Shown: positions 29,531-40,338 of the stretch, in pieces
How the letters are laid out: every line of letters begins with the position of its first letter
Numbering within the stretch: position 1 is the first letter of the stretch
Source: Candidatus Bathyarchaeia archaeon
GTDB taxonomy: Archaea; Thermoproteota; Bathyarchaeia; TCS64
DNA: 64,000 nucleotides
Assembly (NCBI GenBank): GCA_050014495.1
Contig: JBEKDF010000014.1
Coordinates: forward strand, 1-64,000
Reading direction: 5' to 3'
Notes under the pieces: generated by a model
The model's database searches: none
What the model saw: the letters and a program-made list of their open reading frames with translations, nothing else
What the model was told of the DNA's origin: nothing
Position numbers and translations under genes: made by a program

Positions 29531-31309
29531 ATGGCGGAGAAGATGCGTTGGGACATAGCGCAGCTTGTCGAGAACACGGATCCTAACTGGATTATTGATA
29601 GACTTGAGGAGATGGTAAAGTCCGCGAACGGGCTTGCCGAGAATTATAGGGGTAAGATAATAGGCCTAGATGCTCCTGGGCTCTTGGCTCTTCTAGAGTC
29701 GCGCGACGACTTCTCCCTAAGATACGAGGGAGTCATGGAGTATTGTAACCTCAAATATAGCGCTGACTCGACGGACGCAGTCTCGAAGAAACTCAACGAG
29801 GCCGCAAAGAAGGCGGGAACCAGGGTGGGGCAGGCTCTAGCATTCATGGAGATTGAGTTAGGGAGTCTTCTCAAGGACAAGCCTATTCTAGTTGTAGACT
29901 CTAGGCTCTCAGAATATAGTCACTATCTGGAGAGGATTGTGTGCAGGATACCCCATGTCATGACGGAGGAGCTTGAGAAGCTCACCATGTCGAAGGACCA
30001 GAATGGAGTCAGCGCATGGTCTCAGCTTCAGGGAGATTGGTTGGGTACACGTACCTTCAAAATAATCGTTGATGGCGTCGAGAAGATGATGTCTTACGGT
30101 GAGATAATCAGCCTGTATCAGAGCTCGAATAGGGTATTGAGAAGAGAGGCTAACCGTGTAGTCTATGAGGGCCTAGGTGGCGATGACCAGCTATGGGCGA
30201 GCGCAATTAGGAGTATCTGCGGGGATCACCTCCAGATGTGCGAGTGGAGGAAGTATCCAACGCCGATGACGCAGAGCCTAATAGATAACGATGTGGAGCA
30301 GGAGGCCATTGACGCTCTAATGCAAACAATGGAGGACAACGTCGAATCATATCGCCGCTACCTGAGACTTAAGGCCAAGTTGATGGGACTCGATAAGCTG
30401 GGAAACTGGGACATAGTAGCTCCCCTCTCAGGCGACACTAAGAAGAGGTACACGTGGGAAGAGTCCCGAAGGGAAGTCGTCAACGCATATACAGGCTTCG
30501 ACACCGAGTGGGGGGAGTGGGTCAACGAGATGTATGGACGCCACCACATCGATGGCGAGGTCAGGAATGGGAAGCGAAGTGGTGCATTCTGTGCGAGTTG
30601 GCTCGCAGGCAAAAGTGCATGGGTCCTCCAAAGTTTCAACGGCCAGATGGGGGATGTTTACACGCAGGCCCATGAGCTTGGCCACGCCGTCCACGCTTAC
30701 CTAGGTAGCCGACACCAGAAACCAAGCAACAACGAGATAGGCAGCTGCATCGCAGAGACAGCGAGCGTTTTCGGCGAACTCCTTCTGACGGATAAACTCC
30801 TGGAGGAAACAGAGACCTCAGGAGAGAAAAGAGCAATTCTAGCTAATGTCCTCGATGAGTTCGGGATGTCCGCTTACCAAGTAAGTGCCAGAGTATTCTT
30901 TGAGCAGAGTATGTATGACGCGATCAAAGATGGGCAGTTTTTAGATGGTGACACGGTATCAAGTCTCTGGGTCGCGAGTAGGGACAGGATATACGGAAAC
31001 GCTGTAGAGTGGCTTCCCGAGATGAAGTGGGAGTGGACGATGAAGCCACACTATTACATCCCAAACTACCGATTCTACAACTATCCATACATTTACGCAC
31101 AGCTCTTCGTCTTCGCCCTCTACCGCCTATACAAGGAACAGGGGAAGGCTTTCGTTCCAAATATGAGAACTATTCTCTCCGCGGGTTCAAGCAGGAGCCC
31201 GATGAAACTCGCCGTGGAGGTAGGATTCAACGTCACGGATGAGGACTTCTGGAGTAAGGGTATCAAGCAGTTCGACGAGTTGATAGACCAACTCGAAGCC
31301 ACACTCTAA
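29531..31309 (+). CDS. pepF: Oligoendopeptidase F (M3B)
   Basis: GKRSGAFC, AHELGH, AETASVFGE and FYNYPY motifs. Confidence 0.92.
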   Translation: MAEKMRWDIAQLVENTDPNWIIDRLEEMVKSANGLAENYRGKIIGLDAPGLLALLESRDDFSLRYEGVMEYCNLKYSADSTDAVSKKLNEAAKKAGTRVGQALAFMEIELGSLLKDKPILVVDSRLSEYSHYLERIVCRIPHVMTEELEKLTMSKDQNGVSAWSQLQGDWLGTRTFKIIVDGVEKMMSYGEIISLYQSSNRVLRREANRVVYEGLGGDDQLWASAIRSICGDHLQMCEWRKYPTPMTQSLIDNDVEQEAIDALMQTMEDNVESYRRYLRLKAKLMGLDKLGNWDIVAPLSGDTKKRYTWEESRREVVNAYTGFDTEWGEWVNEMYGRHHIDGEVRNGKRSGAFCASWLAGKSAWVLQSFNGQMGDVYTQAHELGHAVHAYLGSRHQKPSNNEIGSCIAETASVFGELLLTDKLLEETETSGEKRAILANVLDEFGMSAYQVSARVFFEQSMYDAIKDGQFLDGDTVSSLWVASRDRIYGNAVEWLPEMKWEWTMKPHYYIPNYRFYNYPYIYAQLFVFALYRLYKEQGKAFVPNMRTILSAGSSRSPMKLAVEVGFNVTDEDFWSKGIKQFDELIDQLEATL

Positions 31310-31355
31310 AAACAACGCAAAAAATTGATGTTAATGTAGCAAATTAATGGAGAGG

Positions 31356-31434
31356 TGGCGCCCTGGCCGGGATTTGGACCCGGGATCTTTCGGGTGACAG
31401 CCGAACATACTAGGCCGGACTATACTACCAGGGC
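31356..31434 (-). tRNA. tRNA-Asp(GUC), CCA encoded
   Basis: GCCCTGG/CCAGGGC acceptor stem; TTCGG-CTGTCAC-CCGAA anticodon arm; T arm CCGGG-TCCAAAT-CCCGG. Confidence 0.93.
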
Positions 31435-31486
31435 ACTTGCCAAGCAAATGAAGTAGGTTTCTATATTAAACCTTACGGGGCTGCCC

Positions 31487-31729
31487 CTACTTGTACTCCT
31501 TCGCGATGAGCATAGTCGCTGTAAGGAGGATATCAGGTATCCCCCTCAGCTTATCCACTATGAGTTTGTCGAGGTGGTTCATGTCCTTCGCTTTCACCTT
31601 GAGTATCAGATCGAACTCTCCGTAGATGGCGGCCGCCTCCTCGACCTCGCTGAAATTGAGGACCTTCTCGCAGACCTCGTCCTCGGTTCCGGTTTTTACA
31701 TTGATCATGATGTATGCTTTGACGGACAT
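31487..31729 (-). CDS. Stand-alone Lrp/AsnC ligand-binding domain protein
   Basis: AYIMINV, YGEFDLILKV and TATMLI motifs. Confidence 0.9.
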   Translation of the reverse strand: MSVKAYIMINVKTGTEDEVCEKVLNFSEVEEAAAIYGEFDLILKVKAKDMNHLDKLIVDKLRGIPDILLTATMLIAKEYK

Positions 31730-31776
31730 GCTACATCACCACTCCACCCGTTCGAGTGGTTAAAATAGTTTCTCAG

Positions 31777-32253
31777 TCAAAGTGAGAAGACTCCGACCAT
31801 AATGCGACCTGATTCCGTGAGCCTAACCGGAACTCCCTTGTTGTCGCGGTCCCCCGCAGCTATAAGCCCCGCGTCGCGTAAACCCTTGAGGTTCCAGCGG
31901 ATCGTCGACTTGGGTATGTTGAGTTCTACCGATACCCGCTCTATGAGGGTCGTGTAGAGTGTCTCCTCTTGGACCTCTGAGACTATACGGAGCATCATCC
32001 TCTGTTTCTCCGTGAGGCTCCTGGTGGATGCGACCTCAAGGGCTCCCTCCATTACATAGAGCTCACGATAGTGCTCCTTAAGTGACTCCTCTAGGGAGTC
32101 AACATTCTTGACCAATCGGTTAAATCCGATTCTGTCTGGATTAGTCTTCCCGAACCTAGATAATTCCCTCTTTAAATCATTGAGGTAGTGTATAAGGTTC
32201 TTTGATTCAGGAGTCGGATAAAATCCAGCTTTAGCGCTGGAGGAAACGTTCAC
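31777..32253 (-). CDS. Winged-helix transcriptional regulator
   Basis: IPKSTIRWNLKGLRDAGLI...VRLTESG. Confidence 0.8.
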   Translation of the reverse strand: MNVSSSAKAGFYPTPESKNLIHYLNDLKRELSRFGKTNPDRIGFNRLVKNVDSLEESLKEHYRELYVMEGALEVASTRSLTEKQRMMLRIVSEVQEETLYTTLIERVSVELNIPKSTIRWNLKGLRDAGLIAAGDRDNKGVPVRLTESGRIMVGVFSL

Positions 32254-32294
32254 CGGACATTCTTGCTCCCGGGTGGGTATGCATCTCCCTGTGT

Positions 32295-33308
32295 TTAAAA
32301 GGTTTTGTCGGAAAGCCGGGCGATTACTACTTTGGTTACGTCCTTGGTCTTCGCTGTGCCCCTAAGGTCTGGAGTGAGAGTCTTACCCTCTCTTAGTACC
32401 TCGACTATCGATGCTTCGAGAGCCTTAGCGGCTTGCTTCTCACCGAGCCAATCAAGCATCATACCTGCACTTAGCAACTGAGCGATTGGATTAGCGATAC
32501 CCTTTCCAGCGATATCCGGGGCACTGCCATGGACGGGCTCGAAGACCGCCATCTTATCCCCAATATTACCCGATGGAGCCAATCCAAGTCCACCTACAAC
32601 GCCAGCGGCGAGGTCACTCAAAATATCCCCGAACAAGTTCGTCGTCACGACAACGTCAAATCTTTCAGGGTACATTACCATCTTCATGGCGCAAGCGTCC
32701 ACGATCTCCTCATTATACCCGATGTCATTGTAACCCGATGCAACCTTCCTGCAGCTATCCTGGAAAAGCCCGCAGGTTGTCTCCAACATATTAGATTTAT
32801 GGACACAGGTCACTCTCTTCCTACCCTCCTTACGAGCGAGCTCGAAGGCGTACTTAGCTATCCTCTCCGATGCCTGGCGAGTGATCACCCTCAATGCTAC
32901 ACCCCAATCCGGGCCACCGTCCTGTATCCTCTTATAGAGACACTCTGTATTCTCTCTTACCATCACCATATCCATCTGTCCCTTCACATTAGGGACATTT
33001 GGATACACCTTCGCGGGACGAATGTTCGCGTAGAGGTTCAGCCGTTGGCGCAGTGGGATAATCACCTCCTTCGCCGTCTCTCCGACAGCGGAGAATAAAC
33101 AAACATCTGAAGCCTTCACTGCCTCAAATGTTTCCTCAGTCATCGCGACACCCGATTTCGCCTTATAGGCATCTCCCGCCATAAGCTCCTTGAACTCGAA
33201 GCCAAACTTTGCAGAAAGATCCTGCATCTCGGTTAAAATGGAGATGGCGGCAGACATCACCTCCGGACCTATACCATCTCCCGGTATGACGGCTATTCTA
33301 TATTTCAT
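32295..33308 (-). CDS. leuB: 3-isopropylmalate/isocitrate dehydrogenase family
   Basis: [23 protein letters not shown] and [12 protein letters not shown] motifs; next to leuACD. Confidence 0.85.
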   Translation of the reverse strand: MKYRIAVIPGDGIGPEVMSAAISILTEMQDLSAKFGFEFKELMAGDAYKAKSGVAMTEETFEAVKASDVCLFSAVGETAKEVIIPLRQRLNLYANIRPAKVYPNVPNVKGQMDMVMVRENTECLYKRIQDGGPDWGVALRVITRQASERIAKYAFELARKEGRKRVTCVHKSNMLETTCGLFQDSCRKVASGYNDIGYNEEIVDACAMKMVMYPERFDVVVTTNLFGDILSDLAAGVVGGLGLAPSGNIGDKMAVFEPVHGSAPDIAGKGIANPIAQLLSAGMMLDWLGEKQAAKALEASIVEVLREGKTLTPDLRGTAKTKDVTKVVIARLSDKTF

Positions 33309-33463
33309 GCTACCACTCCCAAGCCACTCAACTATATAACTAATATCAGTGCAGCATAAGGAATTGGTCTCAGTGTGAATCCGTATATATATCTATACTC
33401 ACCATGTAGATACAAGGCGCGTCACAAGGACGTCGCGTCCGTTGAACTGAAGGCGAATATGGC

Positions 33464-33940
33464 TTGAAGATGTTAAATGTGGCAATCTTGGCCACTATGC
33501 TAGCGTTTTTGTGTGTTCCATCGTTTTGTTATGCTGATGTGTCACTTACGAAAGTGACCATACCTGATAAGGCGTACACTTACATCCCTCTTGCGCTTGC
33601 CAATGTTTCAATCACAGTTACCGCACAGTATCCAACTAAGCAATTAGTTACGCTCCCAATTCTCGTAAATAGCAAACCAGCAGGTACAATTTTACTCGAC
33701 TTCACGGAGAATTCGACGACGACAGTGACCACTGGTGTTTCACTAAGTGGAGGAAGACAACTTGTATACTACCCATTCCAGACACCAACTGTACATACGG
33801 ACTATAATGTCACTGTCGGAACATACAGTCAGACCGTATCAGTATATGCACAACCAGATGATACTATGTTTGTCATCTACCTCGACATAATAACCGCAGT
33901 GGTTGTGTTATGGTTCTTCCGAAAAGCTAGCAAATCATAG
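33464..33940 (+). CDS. Hypothetical exported protein with C-terminal TM
   Basis: Signal peptide, Thr-rich beta domain, TM and basic tail. Confidence 0.7.
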   Translation: MKMLNVAILATMLAFLCVPSFCYADVSLTKVTIPDKAYTYIPLALANVSITVTAQYPTKQLVTLPILVNSKPAGTILLDFTENSTTTVTTGVSLSGGRQLVYYPFQTPTVHTDYNVTVGTYSQTVSVYAQPDDTMFVIYLDIITAVVVLWFFRKASKS

Positions 33941-33993
33941 TAATAGGTACCTTAATTGAGGTAATATTGCTCCAGCTGAAGAAACTGGGGCTA

Positions 33994-34485
33994 CTACCAT
34001 TCCCTCATATGGATTCTAAGATATGGAACAAGTCCGCCTTCGTTTAATAGCTGCACCATGAACTCGGGGAGCGGCTTGATCTTCAACTTTTCCCCATTCA
34101 CAGTTAATATGCCAGCAGTGGTATCGATCTCTATGTCATCACCTGTCTTCGCCTTTCTCGAAATACCAGGGCACTCGATAGCCGCAAGGCCGACGTTGAA
34201 GGCGTTCCTATAGAAAATACGAGCAAAGCTCTCCGCAACGACTGCACCAACGCCTGAGTATTTCAGGGCCAAAGGAGCGTGCTCTCGGCTGGAGCCGAGC
34301 CCCATGTTTTTGCCGCCGACTATGATATCACCATTTTCTAACTTCTTTGCGAATGTTGGGTCGATACCCTCCATTGCGTGCTTCGCTAACTCCTTGGGGT
34401 CGGTCAACTCGAGGTACTTCCCTGGCAACATGAAGTCGGTGTTTATGTTATCGCCGTAGTTCCAAGCCTTTCCCTTAATATTCAT
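33994..34485 (-). CDS. leuD: 3-isopropylmalate dehydratase/homoaconitase small subunit
   Basis: GDNINTD, GSSREHA and SFARIFYRNAFN motifs. Confidence 0.88.
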   Translation of the reverse strand: MNIKGKAWNYGDNINTDFMLPGKYLELTDPKELAKHAMEGIDPTFAKKLENGDIIVGGKNMGLGSSREHAPLALKYSGVGAVVAESFARIFYRNAFNVGLAAIECPGISRKAKTGDDIEIDTTAGILTVNGEKLKIKPLPEFMVQLLNEGGLVPYLRIHMREW

Positions 34486-35745
34486 TCACTTTACCTCCCT
34501 TGGATCACTGATGACACCACTAAGCGCTGAAGCTGCAGTCGTCGCAGGAGAGCACAAATAGACAAAGCCTTCTGTGCTTCCCTGACGTCCCCTGAAGTTT
34601 CTGTTACTCGTTGAGAGACTCACCTCACCGGGAGCTATAACGCCGTTGTTTCCTCCGAAGCAAGCTCCACAGCTGGGGTTACAGACGACGCCCCCAGCAT
34701 CCATGAGAGTCTTAATAATGCCCTTGGCATTGGCAGCGTCATAGACTTCGAAGCTGGAGGGAGTAACCATGAGACGCACATCCCTGCTGATCCTCTTCCC
34801 CCTGAGTATCTTTGCAGCCGCTTCTAGGTCCTCGAGGCGCCCATTTGTGCAGGAGCCTATAAACACCTGGTCGACCTTAGTACCCGCAACCTCCGTGACC
34901 GGCTTAACGTTGTCGACGGCGTGGGGACAAGCTATTTGTGGCACTAAGGCTGAAGCATCGATCTCGAGCTTCTTCACGTACTCGGCGGAAGAGTCGGATT
35001 TTATTATCTTGTATTTGTTTCTGACGCGGTCCTTGAGGAAAGCGTCGGTGACTCTGTCAGGCTCCACTATTCCGGTCTTTCCTCCCATCTCGACAGCCAT
35101 ATTGCAAAGAGTCATTCTACCCGCTATGCTCATGGAACGGATTGTCTCACCGCCAAACTCAATCGCCATATAAGTCGCACCGTCGGCTCCGAGTTCTCCG
35201 GCTGTCTTGAGGACTACGTCCTTAGGCGCGACCCATTCTGGGAGCACCCCATTCACCTCAACACGTATCGTCTCGGGAACCTTGAACCAAAGCTTACCTG
35301 TGGCAAGCACCGCTCCCATGTCTGTGGAGCCTACGCCTGTGGCGAAAGCACCAAAGGCGCCATGTGTGCATGTATGGCTATCCGCGCCAACCAAAATCAT
35401 TCCAGGCCAAACATGTCCCCTCTCAGGGAGCACCTGGTGGCAAACACCCACGTTGATGTCATAGAAAAATGTGAACCCTTCAACCTTCGCTATCTCTCGG
35501 CACTGCTTGTGGAGGGTCGCGTTCTGAACATTTGTCGCTGGAGCTATGTGATCGTTCAGGAAGACGACCTTTGATTTATCCCAGACCTGCTTTACACCCA
35601 TCTCCACCATCGCATTGTAAGCTAGGACAGCGGTTAGGTCGGGCGCCATTGCAATGTCAATCTTAGCTTTGATAATATCTCCAGGTTCGACGCTCTTAAG
35701 CCCGGAGTGCTCTGCAATTATCTTTTGACTTACAGTAAGACTCAT
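34486..35745 (-). CDS. leuC: 3-isopropylmalate dehydratase/homoaconitase large subunit
   Basis: GADSHTCTHG, IGSCTNGR, CGACFG and STSNRNF motifs. Confidence 0.9.
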   Translation of the reverse strand: MSLTVSQKIIAEHSGLKSVEPGDIIKAKIDIAMAPDLTAVLAYNAMVEMGVKQVWDKSKVVFLNDHIAPATNVQNATLHKQCREIAKVEGFTFFYDINVGVCHQVLPERGHVWPGMILVGADSHTCTHGAFGAFATGVGSTDMGAVLATGKLWFKVPETIRVEVNGVLPEWVAPKDVVLKTAGELGADGATYMAIEFGGETIRSMSIAGRMTLCNMAVEMGGKTGIVEPDRVTDAFLKDRVRNKYKIIKSDSSAEYVKKLEIDASALVPQIACPHAVDNVKPVTEVAGTKVDQVFIGSCTNGRLEDLEAAAKILRGKRISRDVRLMVTPSSFEVYDAANAKGIIKTLMDAGGVVCNPSCGACFGGNNGVIAPGEVSLSTSNRNFRGRQGSTEGFVYLCSPATTAASALSGVISDPREVK

Positions 35746-37286
35746 TGTTTATCCTCGGTCTCCATCAGTCTGTTCATTCCCTTGAGGATGGCTTCAACGC
35801 TAGCCATGACGGTGTCACCATTAACGCTGCTTGCAGTTACATAGCGACCATTCCGGCGCATGCTCACCGTAACGTCAGCGACTGCATTCGTCCCTCCAGT
35901 GATGGCTTTCATGTTGAATTTCTCTAAGCTCATGTCACGGAAGCCCTTCTCAACATTCGTTAGGGCCTTGATCGCGGCGTCTATTGGGCCGTTACCTATT
36001 CCTGCACCAGCATACTCCTTGCCATCGATTATGAGGATAGCCGAGGCAGTTGGGGTAATGGTGTTGCCCGTGACGACGACCATTTCCTTGAGCTTGACCC
36101 TCTCCTCTCCCTTAATGTTCATTATATTTTTGGTGATTGCATAGAGGTCGGTGTCTGTGACGCTCTTCCCGGAGTCTCCGAGTGTCTTAACCTCTGTGGC
36201 TATCAGCTTCAACTGGTCCTTGTTGGGGTGGAAACCCATTCCCTCGACCATATTGCTGATGCCGTGGCGTCCCGCATGCTTCCCCGCGACTAATCTACGC
36301 TTCTTGCCTACGAACTCGGGACTGAGTATCTCATAGTTGCCGCTGTGGGCGAGGAGCCCATGCACGTGTATGCCTGACTCGTGGGCGAAGGCGTTGTCAC
36401 CAACTATGGGCGTCGTAGGTGGTAAGTAGATGCCACTGTAGTGTTGGATCATCTCTGAGATATCAGCGATCTTGTCGAATTTGAGACCAGTCTGAATCTT
36501 GTACTGAGCCTCGAGGCATACTGCTACCTGTTCCAGACTTGCATTACCCGCACGTTCACCCAACCCATTGATTGTGACGTGCGCTTGCTCTGCCCCTGCT
36601 TCAATTGCAGCGAGGGTGTTCGCAACTGCCTGCCCCAGGTCGTTATGGGCGTGAGCGCTCAGTGGCGTTTTAACATGCTTCTTCAGCTCGCTGAAGAATT
36701 CGAAGGTCATCCTTGGCGTCATGACGCCGACGGTATCGGGGATGTTAAGCATCTCTGCCCCTGCATCCTCTGCTGCTTTGCAGACCTCGATCAGATAATC
36801 CATATCGGTGCGTGTCGCATCCTGGGGGCTGTATTCAACACGCAGCCCATGGTCACGGGCATACTCTATGCCCTCGACGCTCTGCCTTAGGACTTCCTCC
36901 CGAGTAGTATTCATCATCGTCTTGATGTGGAGGTCGCTAGTACTGATGAAGATGTGAATGTAAGGGACATCACACCAGAGGGCTTTGTCTATATCCTCCT
37001 TGAGAGGTCTGGCGAGGGTTGTTATTATACTACTGAGGCCAAGGCCTACGATCTTCTTCGTCGCCACGGCTTCTCCCTCACTCGAGATAGCGAAGCTCGC
37101 CTCTATCTTGGGGACCCCAAGCTCGTCGAGCTTGCGTGCGATCTCGATCTTTTCATCGTTTGTGTACGTCACACCAGGTGTCTGCTCACCATCTCTCATC
37201 GACGTGTCAAAAATGATGACCCGCTTCGGTGGGCTTATTTTACTCTTGGCCTGGAACTGGCTCAAGTAGAATTCGTTGTTTGGCAT
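35742..37286 (-). CDS. leuA: 2-isopropylmalate (or citramalate) synthase
   Basis: [24 protein letters not shown] and HESGIH motifs with a C-terminal regulatory domain. Confidence 0.85.
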   Translation of the reverse strand: MPNNEFYLSQFQAKSKISPPKRVIIFDTSMRDGEQTPGVTYTNDEKIEIARKLDELGVPKIEASFAISSEGEAVATKKIVGLGLSSIITTLARPLKEDIDKALWCDVPYIHIFISTSDLHIKTMMNTTREEVLRQSVEGIEYARDHGLRVEYSPQDATRTDMDYLIEVCKAAEDAGAEMLNIPDTVGVMTPRMTFEFFSELKKHVKTPLSAHAHNDLGQAVANTLAAIEAGAEQAHVTINGLGERAGNASLEQVAVCLEAQYKIQTGLKFDKIADISEMIQHYSGIYLPPTTPIVGDNAFAHESGIHVHGLLAHSGNYEILSPEFVGKKRRLVAGKHAGRHGISNMVEGMGFHPNKDQLKLIATEVKTLGDSGKSVTDTDLYAITKNIMNIKGEERVKLKEMVVVTGNTITPTASAILIIDGKEYAGAGIGNGPIDAAIKALTNVEKGFRDMSLEKFNMKAITGGTNAVADVTVSMRRNGRYVTASSVNGDTVMASVEAILKGMNRLMETEDKQ

Positions 37287-37410
37287 CTATGCACCGGCTT
37301 TGGGTTTGTGTTATGAGCCCACCCATCATTATTAAGTGAAATGAGCAATGCAAGTTGCACATTAGTTAACCATAAGGTTTTATCGCTCCTCGGATGGCGA
37401 ATTCCCTGAT

Positions 37411-38496
37411 TTGCAGTACCACGTCGTACTCACAGAGAAATGTAACCTAAATTGTAGCTACTGCGGTGGCACGAGGCATGTAAATGGGATACCCCTAGAT
37501 GTGACCTACGATGTGGATGAGCTTACCAACTTCATAAGCCATGATCAAGAGGCAGTCCTAGGCTTCTATGGGGGAGAACCCCTACTAGCCCTTGATCTGA
37601 TGTATAGAATAATGGACCGTGTCCCTGTCAAGGCTTTCACTCTCCAGACTAATGGCACCTATCTGAACGAGGTCGACTCGGACTACCTGAACCGATTAGA
37701 CGCTATTCTAGTTAGTATTGATGGAGTTAGGGAGGTCACCGATGCAAACAGGCGCAAGGGCGTCTATGACACTGTTATGAGTAACTGCTGGTTGATCCGC
37801 TTTAATGGCTATAAGAAGGACCTCGTGGCTAGGATGGCTTTCAGCCGGGGAGGGGACATCTATCGAGATGTGACTCACCTTCTCAACGTCAATAATCCGG
37901 TGTTTGACCACGTTCATTGGCAGCTAGATGTATTCTGGAGTGAAATTAAGGACGAACATGAGGTGGAGGAGTGGTTGAGTAAATATGATGATGGCATTAC
38001 AAGGCTCGTCAAGTACTTCGGGGACTCACTCGAACGTGGGGTTGTTCCAGGTGTGGTGCCGTTTATACCAGTTCTCCGCACACTGATGAAAAACAAACCC
38101 GTCCCCCACATCTGGTGTGGCTCAGGCAGGGACAGCTTCGCAATCATGACCGGTGGTCGGATCGATGTATGCCCTATTGCGCCCGAGCTCTCCTACTCAG
38201 CTGTTGGCGACATTAGGAATAGTAGACCTGAATCCCTTAGGGACATCATCCCCGTCGGAGAGCCATGCAGTCTTTGCCCGGATAAATGGGTCTGTGGTGG
38301 CCGTTGCCTCTTCGCCAATAAGACCATGTTCTGGGGTAGAGAATGGTTCGAAAGAGTTTGCGCATCGACTCGGCACATGATCCGTGAGCTTGAATCACTC
38401 GTCGAGCCAACTAGAAGACTAATGAGGGATGGTGTTCTTAGGGTCGATGCCTTAGATTATCCTAAAATAAACAATGGGTGTGAGATTATTCCGTAG
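37411..38496 (+). CDS. Radical SAM/SPASM protein (AF0577-like)
   Basis: CNLNCSYC, FYGGEP, WCGSG, CP and C..C...C.GRC motifs; ends CEIIP. Confidence 0.85.
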   Translation: MQYHVVLTEKCNLNCSYCGGTRHVNGIPLDVTYDVDELTNFISHDQEAVLGFYGGEPLLALDLMYRIMDRVPVKAFTLQTNGTYLNEVDSDYLNRLDAILVSIDGVREVTDANRRKGVYDTVMSNCWLIRFNGYKKDLVARMAFSRGGDIYRDVTHLLNVNNPVFDHVHWQLDVFWSEIKDEHEVEEWLSKYDDGITRLVKYFGDSLERGVVPGVVPFIPVLRTLMKNKPVPHIWCGSGRDSFAIMTGGRIDVCPIAPELSYSAVGDIRNSRPESLRDIIPVGEPCSLCPDKWVCGGRCLFANKTMFWGREWFERVCASTRHMIRELESLVEPTRRLMRDGVLRVDALDYPKINNGCEIIP

Positions 38497-38502
38497 GGAG
38501 GG

Positions 38503-40338
38503 TTATACCCCACCTACATTTGTCCCCTTGAATTGGCTCACATAGAGGTTGTAGTAGAATCCTCTCTCAGAGAGTAGCGAATCATGAGTTCCACGCTCGA
38601 CGATCTCACCGTCGCGTATGACGAGTACCTGATCAGCCTTCCTGATGGTACTCAATCTGTGGGCGATGACGAAGCTTGTTCTCCCCTCCATCAGTTTGAG
38701 CAGTGCTTCTTGTATCCTGATCTCGGTCCTCGTATCTACATTACTCGTTGCTTCGTCAAGGATCAGTATCTTTGGGTCCGCTATGATGGCCCTCGCGATG
38801 GCGAGCAACTGGCGTTGACCCTGACTTAGATTGCTGCCACGCTCTGTGAGCACCGTCTTATATCCGTCGGGTAGGCGAGTGATGAACTGGTCAGCGTTAG
38901 AGAGCTTGGCTGCGGCGATGCAGTCATCGTCTGTTGCATCAAGGTTACCGTATCGTATGTTCTCCATCACGGTATCCGCGAAGAGGAAGTTGTCCTGTAA
39001 AACGGTCCCCAGTTGCTTCCTTAGACTGTCTCTTGTGACGTCCCTGATGTCGACGCCGTCTATCTTTATTGAGCCCGCCTGGATGTCGTAGAATCTGCTG
39101 AGGACGTTGACCATCGTTGTCTTTCCCGCTCCGGTGGGGCCTACAAGTGCCATCAACTGCCCAGGCTTCGCGTGGAAGCTCACGTTCTTCAATATCGGTG
39201 TCTTACCATCGTAGCTAAAGTCGACATCATCGAAGACTACGTCGCCACGAATCTCTTCGAGAGGCTTTGCGTCGGGCTTGTCGTTTATTTCGGGTTTCTC
39301 ATCAATAGTCTCGAATATGCGTTCCGCGCCTGCTAGAGCGGACTGCAAAGTGTTATAGAGGTTTGCGAGTTGCTGGAGTGGCTGCGAGAAGTTGCGAGCG
39401 TAGAAGATGAAGCTAGTTATCACACCTATGGAGACCATACCTTGTATGGCCATCCAGCCGCCGAGCCCAGCGACTACAGCGATCGCGATGCTTCCCATGA
39501 TATTCATTATGGGCATGATCACAAAGGCGTAGCTGTTCGCTCTTGTGGCGATCACCCGAACGGACTGGTTCGCTTCGTCGAAGTCCTTCAGTACTCGGTC
39601 CTGTCTGCTGAATGCCTGGACGACTCTTTCACCGCTTATGGTCTCTTCCATAGTACCGTTAAGTCTTCCAAGGTCCTTCTGTAGACCCCTGAAACCAGCT
39701 AAGGTCTTGCTGCCGATGAACAATGTCACGAATATCATGAAGGGGAAGACGAGTAGGCTTCCTAACGCTAACCAGGCGTTTAGGATGAACATGACAATCA
39801 ATATGCCGATGATTGAGAGGAAGCTCGATATCAGTTGTGTAAGGCTCTGGCTTAGGGCCTGGTTAATTGCATCTATATCGTTCGTTAGTCTGCTCATCAG
39901 CTCCCCCTGTGTGCGTTTATCGAAGAAGCTCAGGCTAAGGGTCTGTAGGTGCTCAAAAAGCTCCTTCCTCAGTTGTTTGAGTACCTTCTGGGATATTCTC
40001 GCCATTAGGATGGCTTGTAACGTGTTAGCCACGTAGCCTATAATGTAGACTAACAGCAGGGTGATTACAAGGCCGTAGAGCCCGGGGACGTTTCCAGTTC
40101 TTATATATTGATCTACGGCTACGCCGACGAAGTATGGTCCGAGTAGTGATGCTATGGTGCCTAGAACAACGAATATGCCAATTAGTACCAGTTGGAGTTT
40201 GTATGCTAGAAGATAGCGAACTAACCGCGAGAGAGTAACGCCGGGGTTCTTTGCTCTAGATACACCCATGGCAAAGCCTGCGCCAGGACCTCTACCAGGA
40301 CCCATACTAGGCCTGTTAGTTTGAGGTTGGTTGGTCAC
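38503..40338 (-). CDS. Multidrug-type ABC exporter subunit (TMD-NBD)
   Basis: GPTGAGKT, LSQGQRQ and DEATS motifs. Confidence 0.93.
   Translation of the reverse strand: MTNQPQTNRPSMGPGRGPGAGFAMGVSRAKNPGVTLSRLVRYLLAYKLQLVLIGIFVVLGTIASLLGPYFVGVAVDQYIRTGNVPGLYGLVITLLLVYIIGYVANTLQAILMARISQKVLKQLRKELFEHLQTLSLSFFDKRTQGELMSRLTNDIDAINQALSQSLTQLISSFLSIIGILIVMFILNAWLALGSLLVFPFMIFVTLFIGSKTLAGFRGLQKDLGRLNGTMEETISGERVVQAFSRQDRVLKDFDEANQSVRVIATRANSYAFVIMPIMNIMGSIAIAVVAGLGGWMAIQGMVSIGVITSFIFYARNFSQPLQQLANLYNTLQSALAGAERIFETIDEKPEINDKPDAKPLEEIRGDVVFDDVDFSYDGKTPILKNVSFHAKPGQLMALVGPTGAGKTTMVNVLSRFYDIQAGSIKIDGVDIRDVTRDSLRKQLGTVLQDNFLFADTVMENIRYGNLDATDDDCIAAAKLSNADQFITRLPDGYKTVLTERGSNLSQGQRQLLAIARAIIADPKILILDEATSNVDTRTEIRIQEALLKLMEGRTSFVIAHRLSTIRKADQVLVIRDGEIVERGTHDSLLSERGFYYNLYVSQFKGTNVGGV

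Noticed and set aside
31300..31500. Element integrated at tRNA-Asp
   Set aside because: The flanks are housekeeping genes, and I saw no duplicated tRNA 3' end in the window.
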